DNA of 64,000 nt from Ruditapes philippinarum. Taxonomy: Eukaryota. Positions 53,379-64,000 of the stretch are shown piece after piece. The notes under the pieces were generated by a model. That model was given only the letters and a program-made list of their open reading frames with translations, was not told the DNA's origin and made no database searches. The first letter of the stretch is position 1. Every line of letters starts with the position of its first letter. The DNA is taken from assembly GCF_026571515.1 (NCBI RefSeq), contig NW_026857392.1:310001-374000 (forward strand), in the 5' to 3' direction. The position numbers and the translations under genes were made by a program.

Positions 53379-53450
53379 AAATTGAAGCAATAGAGGCCTG
53401 TAGATGGCTTCGTGAGACTGGATTCCCGCAGTATGCTCAACTTTATGAGG
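53379..53450 (+). CDS. STARD13: DLC1/STARD13/cv-c family RhoGAP, first SAM-domain coding exon (72 nt, phase 1 to phase 1)
   Basis: Acceptor ttccttgtataatttcag| and donor GAGG|gtaagt. Translation (E)IEAIEACRWLRETGFPQYAQLYE(D) closely matches the family motif EIEAKEACDWLRAAGFPQYAQLYED. The symbol is family-level; an invertebrate gene would be co-orthologous to DLC1/STARD13/STARD8. Confidence 0.95.
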
Positions 53451-56400
53451 GTAAGTCACTTGATATCATTGTTATTTGTAAAGCAATTTAGCATCCATGC
53501 CACTAGACCTTGGCCAACCAGTGCATCCCTCCAGTCAAACAGTTTTTGTCAGCCATTGCCACTTGTCTGAAATCCTACTAAAAATCATTGGCAGTTTGCA
53601 CGTCAAGTCACACAATAAATTTTATGCTTTCTGTGTTACTGAATGGCAGTTTTACCTTTGACATTATTTTTTCTGTAATTAAAGTTTAATGCATTTAACT
53701 ATAAATAGCTTATTAAAGTTTGTTTGTAACAGCTACTGGTCCAATGTAGGTCAATTTTATAGATTAAATTGGTGCAATTTAAGCCATAAGCAAAACATTG
53801 CTGTATTCATTTTGTATTTAACATAATTTAAGCATTTCTGTAAGACCTCCCTTATGAAGTACCTTATATACTTACTGTGCCTTAAATGGGTGACAGTGAC
53901 AAATAGCGTGTTTTGAAATCTGATACATGGGTAAAGTCTTTAATGAATACTGAACATCTAAAGTATAATTATTACATATCGTTTAAATAATTACAGAAGG
54001 TCATGCAAAACACCTTGACTTACAAGGATTGGTAAATGTTTTCTTGCTAATTGCCATACCTGACAATGCGGCCCATGTTTAAGGAAGGGGTTTGAGGTGT
54101 TTTCTGATCTATACGCACCTAAAACCGGGTCAATCTTCCGATTTATCACTTGGTTCACGGGTAACTGAAACCTTTTGAATGAAAATAGTTCTACATTGTT
54201 TTGTTTTCCCATTAAATGCCCGTGCGTCCACTATGTCACTGTAGCTGCCAGTGGTTGGTTTTAAGGCATTAAGTACATATAGTAAAAGATTTCTTTATGT
54301 TAAAACCTCCTCTGTTGTTGGTGTGAAGTTAGTATAAGTGACTTTATAAAGGATTATTTGTTAGTGTTGCAACAGTTGGTCAGTAGAGAATGATGTACTT
54401 TTTATCATAAACAACAGAGAAGGATTTTGTTTGGAGGGAAACAAAAAGGTTTGGAAATAAACTTTCACTTTTTCATATCATATGGTGCTCAAATGTGAAA
54501 AAAAACACATTCTTATGTACTCCAAAACAACTTTCAGTTTCCATTATGGTGCTCTATTGAGAAAAAAAAATGTGACGTAAAACATGACTAGTCTCTTTGC
54601 CGTATAAGAAAGTGTTAGAATAATCTAAGAAACAATTACAGGAAGTAGTATTGCCACATTATCAACTAAATAAACCTACAGGAACATGACTATTATCTCG
54701 TAATTTCTGTTGTTTTTGCCTAAAGTCCACTTCGATTCATATATTGTGTTATTTTTAGGTTATTATTATGTTATTAATCATAATAAATGTTGACAATGGA
54801 GGATTTAGCTAGAAATAGACGTGCGTATGCGTTAAATATAACATCCTTTTCCGTTATTGCGTCCGTCTTGATAATGTATACAATTAACATTACAGCGTAT
54901 TTTATTGTATTTTCTTTCTTTTCCCCTTATAAGGTCATTTTCATGTTTATAAGTACTATTTTTGACTAAATAATGTTTGTATAGGAAAGTATTTACAAGT
55001 GCGGTATTTTTTCCGGAATATAACATGCAATTTGAATCAAGGCCTTTGATCTGAAGAGTTTGTTTGTACGATTGAGGTTCTTTGCTTTCATGTTATTTAA
55101 TTTGTATGATATACAGGGATTTTTGGAGGATTAGACATTCAATATTTAAATAATAAAATCCCTGGACATTGTGTCAAGTTATCAAAATTTTGCCAATAAG
55201 GATTTCGTAGGATGGATTATGGAATTAGTGTAGTAAAAGTGATTTTATTGACCTGCGGTGGGCATTGACTTTCAAAATTTGTTTTCATCCGATTTTAATG
55301 TGCTGAGTTGAGGACTTTAAACATATAGAGATAGGTGGGTGATTTTATAAATATTTGTTTAAATAAAAAGATGACTGTATTACAGGAGTCAGTAAACTTT
55401 TCACGTAAGAAAATATAAATATTTTCATGCAAGCATTATATTGATGAGCTGGATAATAGGCAAGCTGATGTGTCTTCATAGATTATGAGTTTTTATTAAA
55501 GTTTTTATCGAGTTGAATTAAAAAAAACTACTTTGAACTACAGTAATTAATAACATAGGAATATTAGTAAATGTATATCATTTGTTTTGGTATTAATCAG
55601 GATAAAAAAACAGATTGAAATTATTTCATGTTGATATCTGCATTCTCATAGTTGAAAATTCAGTAAAGGAAAAGTATCAAATTTTCTGATTTCATTTTGT
55701 TTATTTAACTTTGTTTATGTAACAAATAATAAACTTTTTGTTTAAGGGTTTTGATTTTTAGGATTTTTTCAACAGTTTGTTGGTGTTGGAAGTAGAGGAT
55801 ATATTATTTTAGTCATTTAATTTACTGATACTAATCTGTAATGTAAAGGAAATGAAAATAAGAGGTTTAAAGGATATTTTTAAAGTTCCCAACCTATTAG
55901 CCCGGGGTTATTTTTCTTCTATTTCATTCTAATAAGGCAATTATGTTTGTGAAGAGATCTTGAGTTAGATAACTTTTTCCTTCAATTGATATACATTTCA
56001 TAGATTTCTTATCGGTCATATACAAATATTATTTGATAAAATCTTACGATATATGATATCTAACCAAATATGTGCACTATTTTCTTTAAGCCGGTTGACA
56101 ATCTTGTTACCCAGTGATATATCGAAATCATTTAGCGGCTTTTTGCCCCCTCATTCTTCGATGTGGAATACATGTTACTAAAAATTTGTTAATGTAATTG
56201 TGGCAGAAAGATTTCTTTATCATGACAGGATGTTTTACAACTTTTTCGACCAAAAAAAAATATACGTGTGTTCTTTAAAGTATTAATGCAACCTATTAGC
56301 GCAGAAGAAAAACCAAGATGAGAGAGAAAGATGTAAATTTTTGTTTAATCATGTAATTGTGGTTAATTTACCAGTTGTTTCGACAGAATAACATGCTATC

Positions 56401-59400
56401 TTGCAAGGCGATATGTTAATATGATAGTAAAATAAAGAATTAAATATCACTTGAACTGGGTTGGTATGAAATGTCATCTTTACTAATACTTTTTATTCTA
56501 TAACTTTACATTTGATTTGGTTTTCATGGAAAGCAGGAAGGTTTTGATAGTGGGGTAGTATATAATTTTAAAGGAATAATAATGATAATAAAGCAAGTAT
56601 GTGGATTTATCATACACTTGGACTCACTGATGCTGACAAAAATTGATTTTTCTCAGACAGATTTTTATGTGAATATGTATGTATACATTGAAAATAAATT
56701 ATATTAAGAAATTAATAAAATGTTCATTTCATCAAAATATATTAACCTTATTATGATAAAGCCACATTTATATATAAAAAAAAGTTAAGGGAGAAAAAAA
56801 TACAGTGGTCGCGCTTGAAAGTCAGCAGTTTTAATGATAATTATCTTAGCATTGTCATTAATAGTTTTTCTGTAGTGGCTCATTTTCTTTAAAAATGCTC
56901 TTGGTAATTGTTGTTCATTAACCATTGCAACTGCAATAACTGCCAGTGTCTGAATAGATTTTTCTGCACCAGTCGTTTATGAAAACTGAAGACTAAAGCA
57001 GTGTCAATATCAAGGTTTCTATTATGACATCACCGTTGTTTAATAGATGCATGATTTTCGAGCTGGATTAATTACGAAAAAAATGGTGGGTGTTAGTCAA
57101 TGAAAACTTTGTCAAGGCAGCTGTTGAGTTTGCATTGATTTTCCATAAACGGCAAGCTGATACAATATGTATAAACGGGGAAATATTGGAATATCAAACA
57201 TACTTCAATCTTCTCTACCAGCATTTTCTTACTCGATTCCCTGATTTTTGGATTTTCTAGTTGATATATTGTTTAATTAAAAATATTACAAGAGACATAT
57301 TCTTTAATGACATTTGTGGTTTATGATGATGAAAAGGACGCTGCTGCGTCTCTGACAAATTTAAATGGAATTAATGGTGGGAGTTGGTATGTAGAACTTT
57401 AGGGATTACCTTTTTCTCTAATTTCATCAGTTTTATCAATGCTGCAGACTTTTTCATCATTTGCTTAATAAATTTTTTTAAAGATTTGATACCTGCATAA
57501 TTATCTGTGTTTGATTTTCATGGCTTTTATTTGTACAAATTGCAATCATGACTTGGTGGCTTTGAAGGTTGCGGGATTCAAAATGTATTGTCGCTTGCAT
57601 AAAAAATAATTATCATATAAATATCTTATAGCATAGTCGATGCCATGCTCTGATGTTTTCAAAAGCTAAGAGTTTTCATTTGTTGCGTTTTGTATTATCA
57701 TTGATTTCCAATGATTTGCTGTAAAGATTTCTTTCAGCAGTACATTGAACTATGGGGGATACCATTATTACCATAGTATTTAGGTCTCTAAAGCTTTGCA
57801 TGATAGGTTTTTTCCTGGAAATGATAATCTAGAGGATTTTTCCATAGAAGGTAAAAGTTCGCCGACAGGATGAGCATTTACGCTTTTCATTTTTGCATCG
57901 CAGCGCATGTGATAGTTAGCAAGACTTATAGCCTTGTGCATTTATATCGCAATTTATGATATAGGTATAATTGAAATTCAGATGATATCAAAGAAGGAAT
58001 ATTAAGGTAATTTATTGATTTAGTATAACTTTTTGAATTTCAGTGTCCTTGTGATGGAATTTTTTTCCATGGAAATTTTTATTTCTTTTAAATGTGTTGT
58101 CTGAGACTTAAATGGACATTTTTTGAAATACTTTTTGAAGGATTGAAAAGATAATTTTGGATTAAACCATTTGGAGCATTGTTTTATTTCTGTTACAGAT
58201 CTCAGTAAAGATTTAATGTGGGCATTTCATATCACCTTGTGAGTGACCGCTTGACCACAGGTTTTGTTTTAAAACAACTTGTGACACTGTCAGTTATTTG
58301 AGAAGTTTAGACATTTAGTTAATTTATCTATGTAGACTAGTGGGTGTTATTGATACATCACCCCCACACCATCAGGTCACACTCTCCATTAAAACTGTAG
58401 AACATTGTTCATGCGTCAGTCATGCGATGTAACAGAGGGGGAAACACACTATTACCATACAATTTTACAAGATAATGCATTTTGGCATTTGTATTAAAAG
58501 ATGTAAAATATGAGGTTTTAAAGTGGATTGTATGTATGATAGCCATGTCAGGCAAAGTTCAGAGACAGGTCAATACTTATATATATATATACAAACATGA
58601 TGTTCAAATTTGTCACAGAAATACATGTATATACTTACATGACAAAAGGGGACTGTGATTCCTGTACAAAGACTTTACTTTTACTGTTTAAAGATGAGTC
58701 AAAACTTAATTTAAATAAAAAGTGTTGTTCTATAAGAAAAATAATTGGCATAGATGGGTATTTTTACCTTTTGGCATGACTATCTTAAAATCTTACATAA
58801 TGTACTACATGTAGTTGTTGTTTTTATGATAGGATAGTATATTTGTGATATCAAATAAGACAGAAGAAATACAATAATGGTTTAAAGATTATGTACATCC
58901 TATTTGTTCTAGACTCCCACACACACAATGTCTTATAATAGGTTTAATAGCAACAGATGTTGACAGATTATAAAAGGAATAGGTTCATGACCTTTCAGTC
59001 CTTTAATTTATTGTTCATCATACACTTAGGTGATATGTATAATCTTTGATTTCAACCTATATACATGTAGATTTCCCATGAACTTGTGTGTACCTTTGAA
59101 ACCATGAGTTTTAAATAAATGATTAGTATTTTCTTTATGTCTTGACAACTCTTTAAGCTTCTTCATATTAAGATAATAGAAAACTATAGCTAAAGGGGGG
59201 AGATTATTTTGTTTGACTCATATAGACAGATGGGTAAAGCCTAGTTTTATGGCCAAGGAGACAAGGGAAGTATAAAGTTACTGAAGGAGGGATGTGTATG
59301 ATTAATATATTATGACTAAATGACTGTCACACAATTGTGACAAAATTGCCTCCGCATAAATTACTAGATCTGGGTAACTGTTTGTTTATTACTCATTCAA

Positions 59401-59567
59401 AATCTCTGCCAGCTGCTCTTTGGATAAAAACAAAGGAAAGTTTAGGTCTGGTACCCAGGCATGAAACTGGTACCTGGTTTTATAGGTTATGATGTTGAAC
59501 AAGAGCAGTAAAAGGTATGAGAAAATTATTGTTGCGTAAGAAGCTTCTATTGTTACAAAGCCTCAGG

Positions 59568-59850
59568 GACGCCTGTCTGTGGCTGAGTGGTTTAAGTGGC
59601 TCAACTTGAGTAAGTTGCCACTCTCTTTAACTGCTTTATCCAAGATTTTTTATTGTTACTCCTTAGGTCACAGTCTGCTCCTACTTAAAATAATGCACAA
59701 TTTAGTGCCCCACTAAATTAGGTTCTTCTTCAACTAGTAACAACCTGGAAGGTGGCCATCTGACCTTTGCAGTGTTGTTGAGACAAAATAAAGCCTGACA
59801 AGAAAAGAAATGGAAAAAATATTATAGAAAAAATAAAAATAGAAAAAATG
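59568..59850 (+). mobile_element. Degenerate tRNA-derived SINE, second family
   Basis: Head GTGGCTGAGTGGTTTAAG, body AAATAATGCAC...TTCTTCTTCAAC...CTGGAAGGTGGCCATCTGACC...GTGTTG, A-rich tail. Related fragments at about 5335-5440 and 16360-16590. Confidence 0.55.
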
Positions 59851-62212
59851 ACAGAACCTGAATGCAGCAATATCGATCATGATTTAGGGATGAGTGAAGA
59901 TAATTATGCCGCTGCTTTCGAAAGAACAAATAAAATAATAACTATATTTTGCAGAAATACCAATTTTATATCATGACCGATTATTAATACCTGACTGGGA
60001 ATAACTTAATGACTTTCTGGTACAAAGTATGACTCCAAAATGTCTTAATATAGTACCAAATAGAGACTCTGGAGATGTTAAGAAGTCAACAATTCTCTTG
60101 ACGATTATAAAATACAGACGTATTGACGTAAGATATTGGTGGGTTAGCATTAAATATAGACTTGGGACATCAAAACGTGATCAAAATAAACACATGATTA
60201 GGTGATCAAAGTTATACTGTATTGATATCATAGTTGCATCATTAGCTTTTACTGTCTGACCGAAATATAGGCAGATTTCTTTTGTCTGTGGAAATTGGTT
60301 ATATTACCGGGTGGAAAGCTGTCCATTGCACAGAAACAGTTGATGACATTAAAAAACAAAACTTGCCTCTCTACTTTTTCTTGAAATGGATATTTTCTTA
60401 GTTTTAGATATGAAAGAGTCATGGTTATGTGACTTAAAATAGACTTGAAACATCTCATTCTCTTTTTGACTGCAATCTATCCCAGATTAAAAAAAAAAAA
60501 AATAACAATAATAAAAAAACACTTGTGAAACTTTAATCCATTTGTCTTATTTTAATAGCTTATGTTTTTGCCGGGGTTATAAGGATCAAACAGGTTCGAC
60601 AGTTTTAATTGATTCTTCTCACCGCATCCTCATCATTATTGTTTACAAATTATAAATCATTTCCACCACTTACATCATTGGTTGTTTTGTTTCCTCGGAC
60701 ATTGTTTTGATTAAAGCCACACATATAGAGGTCATAACCAACACCTAAAATAATATTGAATTATTTACCTCATCACAATGAAACCTACTCATGTCATTTC
60801 CAGACAATAAAACTGTCAATCAGTGCGTAACAAGGCTTAATAATTAGCGATACTATATTTAGAAATTATGACACATGCACTGAATAAACTCTGCTAAGTG
60901 TCCACTTAATTAATCAATTATGGATTCAGCTTATTCTAATTATAATTAAAAAAATATAAATTGCCATGTTCTTTTTATTTCTAAAGGAAGAGGCAGGAAA
61001 AAAGTTTTTTTATTCCAGTCAAATGATTTGTCATATTTTCAAGGAAATAAAATATGAAATGAAAACATTAATAAATGTTTGTAGGTCATATCTGTCAGTG
61101 TCCAGCGATGAAATATTATACCACCTTACTACGGCCATCATTCAGTTGTCCAAACCTACGTAATTATGTACAAACATGTACGTAATCATGCACATGCGGA
61201 GGATTGTACAACTATTATTTCAAAGTCACACTTTGCAATTAACCTTGTAGTCGTAGTGCACAGAAAATGCTGAATTAAATCAGTGATAATAATTTTAATC
61301 ATTTTGCTTGATAACGAGAATAATTTGAATCATGACGATTTCTAGTGTTCTTATGATGGTGAATTCAGACAAAGTTGTGGAAATTTTGCTCTTTTTATGG
61401 TCGCAGAAATATTTCAAAGGTTTGTGAATAAATTTTCTTAGAATGACTGTTTTTAAATTAGTTAATTAATTACATTTTTTTTTGTCTGTGAATCAATTGT
61501 TACTCTATTATAAACAAAAGGAAAGTCAGACTTGACTTAGGCGCAAGGTGCGACAAAAGGCTTCAACTTACTTGTTTATGTTTTGTGAATGAATCAAAGA
61601 CTATTTCCCATCCTAACACTAAAGTGAAAAATGGCAATTTGTTACAGAATATGACGTGAATTCTTTTCCATTTTTGTTCATTCATGTATCACTTAGTCAT
61701 GTGCTGTATACTATATAAGTATAGTTCGTGCAATTATCAGCTGCTTTTATACAATAATAGACCTTCTGTCATATAAATATGTTTTCTCAGAAGAACGGCA
61801 TTCCCTCATAGTCTTACGTCATCTCTGATGGTATATCTACGGCCATTGACGGTGAAATTGCGTGTTGTTGTTGTCAAGGCATGGTTCTCGGAAGCTATAA
61901 AAACAGAAATATTACTAGTAATATGTTTTAGTACGATTTGTAACTTAGTAGCATTTAGATGTCTGGGTAATAAAATGTTTATGATGATTAAAATGATTAA
62001 AAAAAATTTGCCTTGACATCATTTAAATTTAGATGTACTGTTGGTAAGTTGTGTTATTCTTGAAAAATAACATAAAAACCATCTCTGTTTAATAACATTT
62101 GTGGCATCATTGCATGTTTGGACTTTTTCATACAATATATATGTTATATTTCATATTCCTTGTCAATAAAACTTACTTATTTTAAATATGCTTATATTTT
62201 GTCTATTTTCAG

Positions 62213-62294
62213 ATGGACAGTTTCCATTGGACATAGATTCTGTAGAAAGGGACCATGATTTCCTTGATAAAGAGGATATTCAGTCGTTATTCAG
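62213..62294 (+). CDS. STARD13: DLC1/STARD13/cv-c family RhoGAP, second SAM-domain coding exon (82 nt, phase 1 to phase 2)
   Basis: Acceptor tattttgtctattttcag| and donor CAG|gtaaac. Translation (D)GQFPLDIDSVERDHDFLDKEDIQSLF(R) continues in frame from the 53379-53450 exon and matches the family pattern FPI.I..V..DHDFL. Confidence 0.95.
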
Positions 62295-62849
62295 GTAAAC
62301 CCTATTGAGGTTTTTTTTACCTCTTTTACTCAGCAATAAAGTTTTGGCTGATTCTTTCTTTGGTAAATCAAAAGTTTACAATGGGTATATTCATTTTTTA
62401 CAAAAAATGTACTTTCAAAATTTTAATAATTACCATATTACATTTAAAGTTATGCGTTCTGGGGCTGAGGGAAATGGACTTTCGCTTTTGAATAAACTTC
62501 AAGCTGTCCGAAGAAACAAATTTTGTCAACATTGTATTTTTTTGACGGCCTTTATTATGTTCCTATTGTAACTATTTTCTGATCTAATTTCTTTTAATTC
62601 TGTGTCAATAAACATGTTATACTGGGAACACAGGTTAAATTTTTAACAGTGTGTAAAATTAAAGCTCAATAATGGAAGCATTTAGGTCTATTGTCCTCCA
62701 GGTTATAGGTTTTGCACACATAATTTCATTTAATTCTCCTCTACATCACTAAATTGAAATTGTTCTATGTTCTATATGGTACCTTGTTGTATCATAGTTT
62801 GGAGACCACTTTCTGTTGAAATATGTCAGGGTTAAATCGTATACATATA

Positions 62850-63176
62850 CATGCACAGTGCGTTAACTGGAGTGCGGGTATTAGTTACCCGCACTCCAGA
62901 GCATGCCCATGGATTGGTTTCATTTTTGCTGGGGTTTACATATTGTGACGGCAGAGAAAGGGAAAGCGTCAGAAATGTCATATTCAGATGTTCGTTCATT
63001 GGTTCATTTTTGCCGGGGTTTCATATTGTGACAACAGGGAACGTGCTTTTATGTTTGACTATGATACAAAAGAGAAAGAACACCAAAACACTCGGCAATC
63101 TGATTAATACTCGGGGGCTACGCCCCCTCGTACAAATCAGATAGCCTCGTGTTTCGGTGCTCTTTCTATTACTTGT
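62850..63176. mobile_element. Hairpin-bearing repeat element (Crypton-like or Helitron-like, unclassified)
   Basis: Perfect 14-bp stem at 62867-62899 and an imperfect palindrome of about 110 bp at 63066-63176 centred on GGGGGC-TAC-GCCCCC. Confidence 0.55.
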
Positions 63177-64000
63177 GTTTGATATGATGAAGTTGACACT
63201 TAGATGATAAGAATAGTTCTTATGAGGTCGTCATTACATTGCCCATTGTTACACAACTGGGGTATCGTTACAAAATACATTTGACAGGTTATATGGTCCT
63301 ATATGAATGGTTGTTTGTATATATTGCAAATATCCATATGTATACTTCCATATAATCTTTATTATGAATTAATATAGTACAACAAACCTCCTTTAATTGA
63401 GAAAAAAATGAAATTGCCTCTTTAAATTAGAGGAGCGGTTTATATATAGTTTTTATAAACGTCATAATCATCCAATGAAAAGCGCTGTTACAAACTTGCA
63501 GTATTATAAGTAGCACTATAAAGAAATAAACAATGTTTTTTATGACTTAAGTGTGTAATATGTTATATGATATATTTTTATTATGGGTCAGTTTGACACC
63601 ATGGTATATAAGTAAAAACAAAACGAGAAAATAATAAGATACATTTAGTATCCACTTACTTCGTTACCTATTCATTATTAATCATGAAACAAAAGAAAAG
63701 AAACCCTATATAATGGAAAAATTAACAATTCCCTTTGATCTATATAGGATCCGATTACAATGTTAATGAAATTTGTTAAGTTTTTTTACATATATCTAAT
63801 CAGTCGAATAATTTGTAATGATTAATTTCCCTTTGTTTATACTGTTTTTATTGAGCCTATATAAAAAGCATGGTTATTTCTTCAAAGGTTGTTCAGTTAC
63901 TTAGATACAGGATTTTTGTTCTTTGTAAGTAAAATGTAGTAATTGTTTTGTTGTTGGACTTAAAGGATATTTATTTCATCCCAGATGTGGCTTTCAATTA

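Noticed and set aside
57848-57850. 3-nt microexon (ttccatag|AAG|gtaaaa) between the SAM exons
   Set aside because: Expected by chance, and the two SAM exons already join into the family consensus without an insertion.
62851-63144. 97-aa ORF
   Set aside because: Lies within the hairpin-bearing repeat and has no recognisable protein features.

Overview
AT-rich (roughly 30% GC by eye) animal genomic DNA, not prokaryotic. The repeat content resembles that of bivalve molluscs (inference from recalled repeat motifs). The window is mostly intronic and covers the 5' part of a + strand DLC1/STARD13/crossveinless-c type RhoGAP gene (SAM-RhoGAP-START family). Two short exons encode the SAM domain: 53379-53450 (EIEAIEACRWLRETGFPQYAQLYE) and 62213-62294 (DGQFPLDIDSVERDHDFLDKEDIQSLF). 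The RhoGAP and START exons lie beyond the window. Upstream, over about 40 kb, are several short ATG-initiated exons (10967, 21630, 49457, and more weakly 33810 and 48044/48107) that all end in a phase-1 donor matching the first SAM exon, suggesting an array of alternative N-termini. There is also a candidate 12-nt phase-1/phase-1 microexon at 14325-14336. The introns hold MITEs with clear TIRs and TSDs (a Harbinger derivative carrying a decayed MADF-like gene, two CAT..ATG elements with 7-8 bp TSDs, and a 235-bp palindromic GAG..CTC element), tRNA-derived SINEs, 92-bp and 35-bp minisatellites, hairpin-bearing repeats and a 153-N assembly gap. Almost all ORFs in the supplied track are spurious. 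No RNA-seq or database evidence was available, so all alternative-exon calls are predictions.
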